The notes under the pieces: generated by a model
Seen by the model: the letters and a program-made list of their open reading frames with translations, nothing else
What the model was told of the DNA's origin: nothing
The model's database searches: none
Shown: piece after piece, positions 1-12,100 of the stretch
Numbering within the stretch: the first letter of the stretch is position 1
Layout of the letters: each line of letters starts with the position of its first letter
Made by a program: the position numbers and the translations under genes
Source of the DNA: Asterionella formosa
Taxonomy: Eukaryota
Assembly: GCA_002256025.1 (NCBI GenBank)
Contig: NKIB01013563.1
Location: forward strand, 1-55,454
Direction: 5' to 3'
Length of the DNA: 55,454 nt

Positions 1-47
1 GGTACCTGGTACCCTGGTACCTGGTCCGGGAATTCATGACAAGGTAA

Positions 48-220
48 TAGGCAATAGAATACGAAAATGATCACGTGACTACGACATATACTAGCTGTGC
101 AAATACTTTGGCTTTGGCTGTCACTACTACCGGTACATTCTACTATCTCTCGTCCAGCACGTACTAGGCAATAGAATACGAAAATGATCACGTGACTACA
201 ACAAATACATGTGCAAATAC
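48..220. repeat. Short direct repeat pair (48-82 and 165-199 identical, with weaker similarity extending further)
   Basis: TAGGCAATAGAATACGAAAATGATCACGTGACTAC occurs at both positions, each followed shortly by TGTGCAAATAC. Confidence 0.85.
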
Positions 221-561
221 CATTGACTATAGTAGTCCATATACATAATTCGCGTAGATTTCTCGCATGGTTTGAGGACTGGTTTGGTACCATTATGTAC
301 CGGTAGTCAGGAAGGAAAAGCACATGTTTGTAGCCAGCCCGTAACCGTTGAATTTTCGTGATACTTTTTGGTGATACAATTTCATTTTTATTTTTGTGGA
401 GAATGGATTTTTTCGGTTTAAATCGAGTAGCCGTTACATGATACTTTTTCAAAAAAAATGATACCAAATCGAAAATGATAAGAACGACCCTTAGAATCTT
501 GTAGTAGTTCTTCAATAACTACAGCAATACGATTAACATACTGCGCTGCCTCGACTTTGTT

Positions 562-870
562 ATGCGCGATCCTCCTTGCAAGATACCCAACTCTGCACCT
601 TTGACCTTCTGGATGGAGATCACAGTCCATGGTCACCTCGATAGCAACCTCGAGTTCTTGGTGGATCTTGTCCAACACAATACAGAAAGAGAAGAAAACC
701 ATATAGAGCCAACCTTTACTGTTGATCTGCAAGCAACAGTGATGACGGGCGCAACTGCAACCATTGTTTCTGGCCATCAAGCCAAGGATCCTCTGACCAT
801 CAGGAATGGGCGCATTGGCAAAGTCAATATCCATTTTGACAAAAATGATGATGCAAAATCAATGCATTAG
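562..870 (+). other. Possible small orphan ORF or gene fragment (102 aa)
   Basis: ATG-started ORF with coding-like composition; no recognisable motif. Confidence 0.25.
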
Positions 871-1155
871 CATTGCTTGATATCTATATACATGTACCCA
901 GCCAATGTATAAATATATGTTAAAGTGGTTTCGATTAACTTATTTAGATGCTAAATATTTAATTACAAAAACAGAGTATATGTTCACGTCTATGTAACTC
1001 ATAAAGAACGCATTTTTTCGAGTAAGCCGACCCTCAGCACGTAGAAATTTGGTATGTTGGCTACATAATCCTTCATATGCGAACAGTAAAGACACTGGTG
1101 GTGCCGGCGAATCGATGCAACTGTTACTAGACAAAGGGAGTACCAGGTACCAGTA

Positions 1156-1254
1156 CCTGCAAGTTGCGATCATTTTGCTTAAACTAACATTTTAATCTGG
1201 AATAAAGAAAGCTAAATCTTTAGTTGTTTCTGCAAAATTACCGCAACTAGCTGT
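1156..1254. mobile_element. ~96-99 bp MITE, copy A (TA-flanked, Tc1/mariner-type)
   Basis: TA|CCTGCAAGTTGCGATCATTTTGC...AAAATTACCGCAACTAGCTGT|TA; homologous in reverse complement to 38153-38248. Confidence 0.75.
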
Positions 1255-1613
1255 TACTTGTGATCGTGTTTACAGCTCCGTAAAAACCGTCTTTTACCGG
1301 ACGACCTGCCTGCCTTGTATCATCTTCGGTGAGAGGAAGTTGAGGACACATCGCCTCTGCTCGTCCTTTTGTGATGATGTCTCCAACCTCGCCTCGCCAC
1401 CACGACGTTCAGCATTCCTTGATTCCGACTCACTCGATCCGAAACACGTACGTTTGTGACACCAGATTTTGTTGTTTTGCATACATTTTATGCATATATA
1501 TATAAAGCAAAAGCAAACTATTCAAGAGATTTCTTATACAGCCCATACACCAGGTACATGATGCCATCATCAACGGTTGGCTGGCCTCATAAATCAATAG
1601 CTTTTTCTAGACA

Positions 1614-2852
1614 ATGATGTTTCGAAATCTTTTCGTCGCCATTACCGCCGCCTCTGCGGCCACATCTTGCTCTGCCTTTGCACCATCTCTCGGTACGTTA
1701 AGAAAAATTAGTTTTAGAGCTTTCTGCTTATGCGCTTGAGGATTCTCGTTGGGTGGCACAGCCGACACAAAGGTGACAACCAACTGGCCATAGTAGCAAC
1801 TAGACGTCACTTATTCTAACCTCCGCTTTGAAAAACTTGGAACAGATGTCGGCCGCACCTCCTTCCGCGCAACTCCTTCTACCGTGGTCCAAACCAAGTC
1901 CACAGGAACCAGGACAATGCTCAACATGGCCGCCAATATTGATCTCAAGGGTAAAGTCGCTTTCATTGCCGGTGTAGCAGATTCCTCTGGTTATGGATGG
2001 GCTATTGCGAAGGCACTTGCTGATGCTGGTGCCACCATCGTTGTGGGTACATGGCCTCCGGTATTGAAGATTTTCCAGATGGGATTGAAGAAAGGATCCT
2101 TCGATGAAGACTCGGTTCTTTCTGATGGATCCTTGATGCAAGTAGAGAAGGTATATCCCTTAGACGCTGTCTTTGACTCACCTGAAGATATTCCCGATGA
2201 GATAAAGGAGAACAAGCGTTATGCTGGTCTTGATGGGTTCACTATTTCTGAAGTTGCCAAGCAGGTGGAAGCTGACTACGGAAAGATTGATATCCTTGTC
2301 CACTCGCTTGCCAATGGCCCCGAAGTCACTAAACCCCTCCTCGAAACTTCCAGAAAAGGATACCTTGCGGCCTCGTCGGCCTCTGCTTACTCTGCAGTTT
2401 CCCTCTTGCAAAAGTTTGGACCCATCATGAACGAGGGTGGATCATTCATGTCTCTCACCTATATTGCCTCTGAAAAGGTAATCCCTGGATACGGTGGAGG
2501 AATGTCATCTGCCAAGGCTCAATTGGAGAGTGACACGCGCACACTTGCGTTTGAAGCTGGTCGTAAGTGGGGAGTTCGTGTCAACACGATCAGTGCTGGA
2601 CCGTTGAAATCCCGTGCTGCATCCGCGATTGGAAAGGAGCCAGGCCAGAAGACATTCATTGAGTATGCTATTGACTATTCCAAGGCCAATGCTCCTCTTG
2701 CTCAGGACTTGTACAGTGACGATGTAGGTAATGCCGCTCTTTTCCTCAACTCTCCCCTTGCCCGTTGTGTTGCTGGAGTCACTCTCTATGTTGACAATGG
2801 TCTCAACTGCATGGGAATGGCTCTTGACAGTGCTGCCATGAAGCAAGACTAG
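1614..2852 (+). CDS. fabI: Plastid enoyl-ACP reductase; join(1614..1692,1846..2852)
   Basis: Signal peptide ending SCSAFAP (diatom bipartite plastid targeting); the GT-AG intron restores the frame. Plant/apicomplexan-type ENR motifs: [52 protein letters not shown]. Confidence 0.95.
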
Positions 2853-2961
2853 AAACAGGCTATACTAGAATATATAACACATATAGAAGGGACGGTCAGT
2901 GAAGGTATACACGTTCCGGTAGTTTGCGCGTGCTACACCAAACTTGGTTGGATTATCATTC

Positions 2962-3744
2962 CTACGTCTGAGCATTTTTGGCTGCGCCACCAAACAAACT
3001 CTTGAACCATTCCTCTTCATCCATTCCACTCGTGTTGGATTGCAATCTCGCGACAGGAAACGTGAAGTTGACCAACTTGGGCACAACCAGGTACCGTATC
3101 TTGCGTCCTTTAGTAGCCCTTCGGTCCACCTCCTTCTTTGGCTGGTTTGTTGATGTGCGCTTGACGATACGCTTGGTCGAATCTCCAACAGGTGCCTTAG
3201 CCGATGATGCTAAAAAGTCTTGCAACATGTGCTGATAAAGCTTATCTTCTTGAAAGTCATTTCCTGAACGTAGTTCATGCGCGACAGTCGCATCCACTTG
3301 TTGCCAAAATGTGGAATCCATAACTTTGAAGTGAGCTTTGGCAGTAAGACCTGAATGCAGCTGCAGGTCCTTGTGTCTTCGATTCAATACTTCTTTCCAT
3401 TCGCCTTTGCATTCGTCGTGCTCGTGTTGGATCGTCTGGTGCAGCTTTTCGTTGTGGCGCACAATGTCGGAATAGTCCTTGTTGCCGTGAAACATCAATT
3501 GTGATCTTGCCGATAATAATTTGGCAAGCAAGTCGACACACCCATCATTCGCGCTAGTGGAACGCTGTAGCAAAATACGGCATTCCATTAGGTGTCCATG
3601 CAGCTTGGTTTGACTCTGTGCTGCTTTGGTCTTGGCGATGTTCTGGGCTCCTGTCGTTCGCTTGCGGTCCGCACGGACATCGGCGGATTCGAGTTGTTCG
3701 ACGGCATCAAAGACTGACGACCGACTTCGTTTCTTGGTTTTCAT
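2962..3744 (-). CDS. AATF/Bfr2 (TRAUB domain) nucleolar protein, compact form
   Basis: C-terminal VDRRATKGRKIRYLVVPKLVNFTFPV...FKSLFG motif typical of AATF/Bfr2; first ATG at 3744. Confidence 0.85.
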   Translation of the reverse strand: MKTKKRSRSSVFDAVEQLESADVRADRKRTTGAQNIAKTKAAQSQTKLHGHLMECRILLQRSTSANDGCVDLLAKLLSARSQLMFHGNKDYSDIVRHNEKLHQTIQHEHDECKGEWKEVLNRRHKDLQLHSGLTAKAHFKVMDSTFWQQVDATVAHELRSGNDFQEDKLYQHMLQDFLASSAKAPVGDSTKRIVKRTSTNQPKKEVDRRATKGRKIRYLVVPKLVNFTFPVARLQSNTSGMDEEEWFKSLFGGAAKNAQT

Positions 3745-4122
3745 GTTGCAATGTGAGCGATGGATAAAAACAAGCAAACAACCCTAATAATGGAGCAAAG
3801 TGTCAGTTGTTGGCTGAAACAATTTATTGGAGTACAGGAACAAAGGGCTGCACCGGTAACTTGTATTCTTTTCTGGTACCAGGGTACCTGGTACTCTGAG
3901 CCACGGAAAACCTTCCGTAGGCAATGCAAAAACATATAAATACAAATACAAATAGGATAGATTATTATGTATTGCTTGTTTGTGTTGCTCGAACTAAGAA
4001 ATAAGGTTTGCTTCATTGAAGCCAATGTTGGCTGAGAGGCTGAGTGATTCAGTGGCTGTGGTCGTTGGAGTACTCCGGTCGTACTTTAGAAGTCAGTGCT
4101 CCTAAGTCCCTGGCACAAGAAA

Positions 4123-5446
4123 GCAAGTTGCGGTCATTTTGCTGAAATTGATAACGTGACGCAGGACAGGCGTTTACATACATAGAAAACGTCATCAATT
4201 CACTCTTTTTATGATCACCACTTGGTGACATCGGTTTTATGCTAATTTTATTCTTCAAAATAGGGAAATGTCAAGAGAACACAATGATGACCGGGCAATA
4301 CAGGGGCATTCCAAAGCAAAAGTAAGCAAAGTAAGAAAAGTAAGCAACTCTTACTTACTTTGCTTTATTCTCTGCTCCAAGCAAGCTCAAAATTGTTCAT
4401 CTTTTCTGGCTGAAGTGATGAAAACAGCCTATCTTAGCTAATTAACGATTTCAACATCGTTGGGATTGGAAATTTGTACCTGCCTGAGCATAGTTGACAG
4501 TGGTGATGTGTACTACTACGTGAATCCATACAACATAGCACTAGTAGTACTACCATGAGCAAGTACATGAATCTTCATGTAATAAATACATCTACAGGAC
4601 AATCTGCTTGCACTTTAATTGAAGAATCATACTGAATCTACTTGCACTTCAAAGGAAGATTCATGATGGATCTACCAGCACTTTAATGGCTTGTCTGGCT
4701 ACTTTAAGTGAAAGCTACAGGTTGTAAAAGGCTTGATATCTTCCAGCATCATTCTTGCAAAAACAATGGAAAACAACAAAAAAATAACATAATTTAGCAA
4801 AACCATACTTGTGAAAGCCCCCCCCCCCCCTTTAACTGTAAAGCTAGCTGCTACAGATTGGCCGCAATTGCAGTACTTGCTACCAGGCACTCTACCTACT
4901 GCCTGGCTAGCTTGGTGGACTGCCAGCTTCCTACACTTTGGGAAGGAATAACACAACTAGCATCATCATAGCAACAACCCAATATAACTATTATAGACTA
5001 TGTATGTACAATACATACTAATGTATCTGGGCTACAAGGTTTATCAACTTTCAACTATTACATGTTGAAGATAATACATGATACCCTGGTAGTATTCTGG
5101 TAAGCAAATAATGGCAAGCAAACAATTTCGAAATCCCATCACTAGAAGGAACCTAATTGGAGAGAATAAAGCAAAGTAAGCAAGACTTGCTGACTTTTGA
5201 TTACTTCTACTTAATTTTGCTTACTTTGCTTACTTTCGCTTCGGGTCGCCCTTCTATTGCCCCGGTCATTGCCTTTTTTCAGCTATTTGGCTTCGTTTTT
5301 CACGTTTCCGTGTTTAGACGAAATAATTAGCACAAAACCTATCGTGATACTGTCGATGCAAAGAGAGAATTAATGACGTTCTCTATTTAAATGTAGCTTT
5401 TGAGCGCCTGGCCAGCGTCACGTTGTCCAGTTCAGCAAGATTACCG
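4123..5446. mobile_element. ~1.3-kb non-autonomous element with ~250-280 bp diverged inverted arms
   Basis: 4131-4373 aligns with the reverse complement of 5161-5446 (CGGTCATTTTGCTGAAATTGATAACGTGACGCAGGACAGGCG vs CGGTAATCTTGCTGAACTGGACAACGTGACGCTGGCCAGGCG, plus AAGTAAGCA arrays). The left end shares GCAAGTTGCGGTCATTTTGC with the 96-bp MITE. Confidence 0.75.
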
Positions 5447-5773
5447 TACCGGTACCTGGCTTATACTGCCTGTGCAACTTGCCAATACCATTGGTACCGG
5501 TATACCGGTATGCTGTTACGACCCCTTGGTACCTGGTACCATGTATCTATCATGCATACGTGACACATCATAACAGGGACTCCGAGGAGACTGACTACCA
5601 GGTACCTGGTACCTGGCACCAGTAGATACCAGGTAATTCCTTGCTCGTCAGTAAAAATGTTGTGAACAAGAAGCATGAAAAAAAGATAATTTTGCCCTCC
5701 GCTACTGTTAGTACATAAAGCTCACCTTCGTTGACTTGCTTTGCGTATATAGCACTATCGTCGTACTGACTTG

Positions 5774-6925
5774 ATGAAAAATACAGAAAGTAGAGTGATG
5801 TCAAGTGTGGAAGTCGAGACGAAGCAGACCACGTCTACCGATGGATCCATTTCAGAACGCTATCGGGAGGCCGTTCAGCGGATTGGATCAGCGCCGCTTG
5901 AGTCTATTGCAAAGTTGGAGACCCTTCAGAAAGATATTTCTTCTCTAGCACTATTTTCATCCAATGAAGGACTGGAGGACATCAGCACGAAGTCATTGGC
6001 TCTCCTATCGTTGGAGCATCATTTGGCCATGGCGTCACTCGGAATACCATCCAGCATTGGTCAAGCGACACAGCGAAAGTCGCGGATTCTGCAGAGCATG
6101 GTCCTGTTTTCTGTATTTTTGCAAAGAATGGAAGAGCTAGAACTCCTCTCTGAAGAGCTCACTCGAGACTTTCATGAACTCTTGGACAGCAATCCCGAAG
6201 AAGCTTCACAGCAATGGACTACTCCTGGTCACCAGCGTGAAGCCAAAATTGCCAGGTTCAGGGCCAAGCAACAAGCGCAAAACGATCTACAGAGGCTGCA
6301 GTCGACGCAAGAACGAAGGGGTCGACTAGGGATGGAGGCACAAGATGAGATGGACGGATACGATCAAGATTCCCTTCAGAGGACGCTGGAGTTGAAACAA
6401 CTGGAAATTTGTGCCACCGAAGCTGTCGACGAATGGTTGCAAGCCATGCGCGAGATACCCATGATTGACATGGCCATACAGTTGGAAGCTCAAAGAGCTG
6501 ACGTGGACCGACATCGAGGAACTCCGCTTGCTCCGCCGGACCCACGGCCTCCACAATCCAACCAACCTATCCAGCTCACACACATTACACTAGATGCCAC
6601 GACAGGGCAACTAAATATTCGAAGAGAAGACGTCTTGTCTAAAGTATTTCGGCCCAGCTGGAATCAACCAACCATGTCGCTGGAAGAGTTGGGTGATATA
6701 GAACGAGCACAAGCAATTGAACGTGAAGCGCAGCAGAAGGTATCTGAAGCACAACAAATCAACGAGCCGAGGCGGTACGAGCAACTGGTAAAGGATGGCA
6801 TGGAAGATGAACATGCATTAGTAGACGCTAGCGCAGAACTGGACCGAAAATGGGATGACTGGAAAGATGAGAATCCAAGGGGCAGTGGAAATAAAATGGG
6901 TGATCGAGGAGATCGTAACTTTTAA
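5774..6925 (+). CDS. TAP42/IGBP1 (alpha4) PP2A regulatory protein
   Basis: Motifs LFSSNEGLEDISTKSL, REAKIARF, PTMSLEE and WDDWKDENPRGSGNKM; start at 5774 or 5798. Confidence 0.93.
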   Translation: MKNTESRVMSSVEVETKQTTSTDGSISERYREAVQRIGSAPLESIAKLETLQKDISSLALFSSNEGLEDISTKSLALLSLEHHLAMASLGIPSSIGQATQRKSRILQSMVLFSVFLQRMEELELLSEELTRDFHELLDSNPEEASQQWTTPGHQREAKIARFRAKQQAQNDLQRLQSTQERRGRLGMEAQDEMDGYDQDSLQRTLELKQLEICATEAVDEWLQAMREIPMIDMAIQLEAQRADVDRHRGTPLAPPDPRPPQSNQPIQLTHITLDATTGQLNIRREDVLSKVFRPSWNQPTMSLEELGDIERAQAIEREAQQKVSEAQQINEPRRYEQLVKDGMEDEHALVDASAELDRKWDDWKDENPRGSGNKMGDRGDRNF

Positions 6926-7035
6926 GATCAGTTCAGAAACAGAAGCACGCAAAGAATTACCATTAGTCTAGGTTTCATTAATTTGGAATATAGATTGATA
7001 AGGTTACGCAGTAATATGCAAAAATCTATTTTCGC

Positions 7036-8238
7036 CTACGAGAAAGCATTCCGCTTGTTGCGGTCAGTTTGTGGCAAAACGGAAGTATCATGTAGCGACT
7101 TTTGCCCGTTAACAACGCTCATCCATTTGGAAAAGTCAATTTTGTCAAAGGGGAGGTTGGCCTTCGCAAGCTGCGTCAGATATCGCGACAATCCTAACAG
7201 TTCAGTGTCTCTTTTCCCGGATGTTCTTTTCCTATAATATGCCGATACTTTCAGGCCAGACATGAGATTCAATGCAAAGTTCCGTGACAGGTCATCCAAA
7301 TGCACCGTGTTGTTTGGACCCCAGTTTTTAAATTTTGTCCAAATGATCTGAAGTGGCTTGACCTGATGTTTGTACGAAGTGCCATCTCGTTTTATGCTTG
7401 TTATCGAAAACATGCTCGTTTTGTCAAGAACGAAGCAAAATTTGTATGCTGGATTCGCCACCATGCCTAGTTCTGTCAATTTGGTTTCCAGCCACCTCCA
7501 AGACGTTTGACTCCAAACCACAAGATCGTAATGTTCATACGCAATCGCTAGGAATTCATCCATATATGGCCTCTTCATTGACAATGCGGTCCCTCCTCCC
7601 ACTTGATCAGTCGAGTCTCGTTCCAACGCCTTGCGGCTAAAGTCCAAAAGTGTGTGGTCAAGATCAAGCACCAGTAATGGCTTACCTTCCCGCGGTTTAT
7701 TCATGATGTGCACAGCAGTTGATTCTGTAAATTTCTTCAGGTTTTGACCTGTTGCCACATGCTGTATCCATTCGTGCGATCCTGCGTTGAAATCCAAGTC
7801 GAAATCATCGACCACATCTGGTAGGTCATCTTTTTCATTAGGGTCCACGAATATGTCTTTTTCAACACTTCCCATGAGAATAAAATGGTGCAACACAATC
7901 GCTGATGATGTAAATGACTCAACTCCATTGCTGGACTTGCCCTTCTGCTTCAAAATGGACAAAGTCACTTCGTCCGACATTTTGTTGCTACCGGCAACAG
8001 CGAGGCCAATGAGTTTCTGGCGCTTCGGCAAGACACCTGTCCTTTCTTTCAGCAATTTTTTGACTTGACCAATTGTTGTGAACAAAGGAAGCCCCTCCAA
8101 GGTGATGCGTTCTTTTCCCCATTTGGCAACCAACGTGACTCCCCCAGAAGAATCGTACTGAACTGGCAAGGAAGCGTTGTTTCCGTCGGTGCTGCTATCG
8201 TTCAGCTCTTCGGTCCTTATGACGAGGCACTCGTTCAT
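7036..8238 (-). CDS. Ubiquitin-like domain-containing CTD phosphatase (UBLCP1 family)
   Basis: N-terminal UBL (TGVLPKRQKLIGL), HAD motif LVLDLDHTL, KRPYMDEFL, VKPLQIIW and HLDDLSRNF. Confidence 0.93.
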   Translation of the reverse strand: MNECLVIRTEELNDSSTDGNNASLPVQYDSSGGVTLVAKWGKERITLEGLPLFTTIGQVKKLLKERTGVLPKRQKLIGLAVAGSNKMSDEVTLSILKQKGKSSNGVESFTSSAIVLHHFILMGSVEKDIFVDPNEKDDLPDVVDDFDLDFNAGSHEWIQHVATGQNLKKFTESTAVHIMNKPREGKPLLVLDLDHTLLDFSRKALERDSTDQVGGGTALSMKRPYMDEFLAIAYEHYDLVVWSQTSWRWLETKLTELGMVANPAYKFCFVLDKTSMFSITSIKRDGTSYKHQVKPLQIIWTKFKNWGPNNTVHLDDLSRNFALNLMSGLKVSAYYRKRTSGKRDTELLGLSRYLTQLAKANLPFDKIDFSKWMSVVNGQKSLHDTSVLPQTDRNKRNAFS

Positions 8239-9196
8239 TGGCAAATTAGTGAATAACAACGAGACCAGATAGATGGTAGGATTCAGTTGAACATTGTGTT
8301 CTTTCGCTCCTTCTTCCCTTTGCTACATTTATTTCCGGTAATAGAACTACCGTTAGTCCCGTTATGATATTCAATGCATACAGCAATTGCTTACCGGTAA
8401 ATTACATAAGGTACGTTGCGACCAGTATGTACTCTCTGTCCGTTTTTGAAATTCACTTGTCGAGCTCGCGCTCACATACCAGCTAGGAGTTCTTTCGTCC
8501 CGCATATATCATACTACGGTAGGAGTACCAGGTGCCAGCAAAAAGCACAGACAAGGAACCATCATCAGTTATGTAACGGGTAGTAGCAGTCTACCAGGTA
8601 CTCCGAGAATATTGGTACCAGTACCAGCTACCCGGTACCTGTACCAGCACAACTCGTATAGGAGTAGCTACATATGATGGATTCGTTTTGGTCGTGTCGT
8701 GGTTTGATGTTCTTCACGTCTGCTTGTCGGACAGCATGCTTGTATGTTGCTTGCAAGTACCCGTATTTACATTTGTTGGACTGGCTGATTCATTTGCATT
8801 CTTGAAGTTGCAGCTAAACTGCATGGGGTGGGGTGTTTAACGAAACCTGTATTGAACAGTCGAACACCCTTGCTTAGTACTCGGAGTACCAGGTATACAA
8901 AAGTTGCTGAAAGATATGTAGATTTTATATGAAATTTTGTGGAACATTCAAATACACACATTTGCCTACCAATGCCACCCCTGTATTGTTGCCGATCTTT
9001 TGTGTCAGGAACTGTATCATACATGTATTTAGGTATGTATTATTCGATATTTGTAGTACCGGTACTTCCTATCAGCGGTACCGTGTATATACGCCTGAAT
9101 TAAGGATACCTACCGGTAGTGCAGGTACCGGTATACTTTCACGAACAAGAAGACACTGCCATCATCGCACAAATTGCTTGACACAACGATTCCACC

Positions 9197-9682
9197 ATGA
9201 AGCTTGCAATCCTTGCCATCACCGCAGCATCCGCCGCTGCCTTTGCTCCTGCCCAATCCGGAAAGGTCTCCACCAGCCTCAATGTCAATGAGCTCGAGCT
9301 CGGAGTCACTGAGCCGCTAGGAGTCTACGATCCTCTTGGATGGTTGGACACCCAGCCTGAATCCTTCGAGCGTCGTCGTGCCGTCGAGCGCAAGCACGGA
9401 CGTGTTGCCATGGCTGCCGTTGTCGGAACTATTGTCCACAACAACCACATTGTCTTTGATGGATACCTCTCCACTTCTTCCAACCTCAAGTTCTCTGATG
9501 TCCCTACCGGTGTTGATGGAATTCGTGCCATCCCTTCCGCTGGACTTGCCCAGATTGTTCTTTTCTTTGCGCTTGTCGAGCTCGCATGGATGCCTGCCTC
9601 CAAGTACGACGGAGATTACGGAGTTGGTTACTTTGGAACCAACCTTGACCCTGAAGAGAAGGTCCGCAAGCTTAATGTTGAA

Positions 9683-9714
<32 letters not shown>

Positions 9715-9817
9715 TTTCGGAAACATGGTCGGTGAAGTGTTGACTGGACAGACTATGTACGAGCAATATGCTGCCGGGCACATCTCCCCTTTCGGTGATG
9801 GACAGGGTGTCTTCTAA
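9197..9817 (+). CDS. Fucoxanthin chlorophyll a/c-binding protein (LHC), intronless copy
   Basis: ASAAAFAP presequence; YDPLG, ERKHGRVAM (helix 1) and ELNNGRAAM (helix 3) LHC motifs. Confidence 0.97.
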
Positions 9818-10253
9818 GCACTTAAAGAAGTGCCTTAAGAACTTTGAAACTCTTGAACAAGTCTCTTTTCGTTGGCTATCCTCTCGCGAGATGAGTGCCC
9901 CGCCTGAAAAAAGCAAGGAATTGTGTTTGAGCATCAATTTATCTTTCTGATGGTCCCTTTAAAATGTAATATACCTACTGTTTGCTGCACACAGATTTTT
10001 TTATTAATGCCGGTAGTAGGATTATTAACTAGCGAGCGGATAACTGCCTTAGAATACTCTTCCGAATAGATTTCTTTCCCTTCCTTACGGTACACGTATT
10101 TTATTAAAATATGCATGACGATGAAATTTCGAGGAAAACCTCAACATCAAAAATTTGTTCGAAATCATAGTCAAAGTTGCTCATACATTACACGAAAAGA
10201 TTATTGGCTGACATTTATTTCCCGTCGCACCGAGCAACGGAACGAAGGCCAAA

Positions 10254-12100
10254 ATGCACGACATTTCGAACGCTAAAGAAGACAAGGTAATGGATCGCCA
10301 TTTTTCCTCCTGGAATTCACCTTGTCAGTTGTCCACTCGTAGATCGAACACGAATCGTCGACGCGTGCGTTCATCTCTTCTGCTGTTGCTGGTTGCGCAA
10401 GAATGTATTGCTCTTCGCCCTTTCGGACAAGGACCGCAAAAGTCTCCGCAACTCCCGATTCAGAGAATTGCCATTGTTGGCACCGGAATAGCAGGCCTTT
10501 CTCTTGCCCACGCTTTCGAAAATTCGCCTCAGCTCGCTGGATCGGCAACCACAAGTATTCAGGTAACTATGTTTGAATCAAGACCATCTCTCGATTTTAT
10601 AGCAGGCGCTGGTATTCAGTTGAACGGAGGTAAGTTAATTTCGTTTTTTTTTCCATGGTATGATGAAAGGCTTTCACTAGTTGTGACATATATTTGGAGG
10701 CTCTCACCATTCCATCCTATTGTTATAGGACTGGCGGCCCTTCGACAGATCAATCCAGAAGTCCAAAAGGCAGTTTCAAGAGCAGGCTTGCCTCTATCAA
10801 TGATCCAATCTCGGACTAAGCCATGGTTCAGCACCGGTAATCCCTTCGAAACGCTCCTAGAGCTATCAATTCCTGACTTGATTCGAAACGCGGGAGGGGC
10901 GACAACGCACGAGCTGCTGGTGGATGATGAAGTGCTTTGGTGCACAATTATGAGAGGAACCCTCCAGGTATGTCCAAGTGCAATCCCATTTCTTATTAGA
11001 TTGTGTTTTTCCAAGGCCTTATCTCTTCACTTCGCCACATTTCCAATTAGGAAACTCTTTTTGAGACTCTCCCAGTGTGTACGAGAGGTAGAGCTAGGTT
11101 TGGTATGATTGTGACAGGAATTAAGGCCTCATTATCTGGTGGTGTCATTGTCGACTGTCAAGATGGAAGTTCTGAAGAATTCGACATGGTGATTGGTTGT
11201 GATGGAGTCAAAAGTGCGGTGAAGGAGTATGTTGAGACTGGCAAAATATCGCAAATGGCCTCAGAACGCAACGCTGCTATTTACTCCGGAATCAGAATAC
11301 GATATGCCGTGCAAGATGGAAAGTCAGCATTGGTCGAGCAAGGCTCTCAGCTTCGACAATACTTTGGCAATGGAGCATATGCTTTGTACGGAGATTATGG
11401 GGACGGAGCAAGCAAGTTTCCCGCAAAATGCGCCTTCATTATTTTTCAAGACCAAGGTTACGTTGGACCCTTTAAGAAGAAGGATACTGAATCCACATCA
11501 AATATGGTAGAAAACGCCAGTTGGAGCCAAAATAAGAGAGAGCGCGCAAGAGAGGAGATGCTTGATCAACTCGAAGAATGTGGCATTCCAGATCTGGACT
11601 TGAAACCAGTTATTTCAGGTGCCGATCGATTTTTTGAGCTAGGTGTTTACTTTCATAACCCATTCAGTTGGGGAGGATGGAGCAGGGAAGTGCCAGAAAG
11701 CAACGGAAGGTTCTGTACTTTGTGCGGTGATGCTGCACATGCTATGCCCCCATTTTTGGGTCAAGGCGCTAACCAAGCGATGCAAGATGCCTACTGCCTA
11801 GCGAAGAAAATATTTGATTACAACGCGGATATCCTTAAGATAGACGAAACTGGTGATGCAACAAGCCTAGCAGATGGTTTAAGGCCTGTGAATTTAGGGA
11901 AATCGCTGAAAGACTACGAAAAAGTACGATGGCCTGCTACAACCAGCATCAGCGCAAAGGCTTCGTTCTTGGGCTACTTGGAGACTGGATCGGCTGGATT
12001 CTTTGCGAAGTTTCGTGATGCTTTCTTCTTTGCTATGGGTAAAGTTGGTGTTGCAAAGAAGGTTCTTTTGAGTGCCGCCACGCCTAAGTGGGATGAATAG
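10254..12100 (+). CDS. FAD-dependent monooxygenase (salicylate hydroxylase/zeaxanthin epoxidase-like fold); join(10254..10629,10729..10967,11051..12100); start uncertain (10254 or 10290)
   Basis: IAIVGTGIAG (GxGxxG), IGCDGVKS (DG motif) and LCGDAAHAMPPFLGQGANQAMQDA (GD motif); two GT-AG introns join the two ORFs in frame. Confidence 0.88.

Noticed and set aside
4818..4830. Poly-C run
   Set aside because: Single homopolymer inside a repeat spacer; no G-quadruplex or telomere pattern.
5774..8238. Adjacent phosphatase-related genes TAP42 and UBLCP1 as a functional cluster
   Set aside because: They act in unrelated phosphatase systems; convergent neighbours are normal in compact genomes.
9317..9937. 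206-aa antisense ORF over the FCP gene, and similar shadow ORFs over fabI, the cathepsins and the cyclase
   Set aside because: Explained by codon bias of the real sense-strand genes; no motifs of their own.
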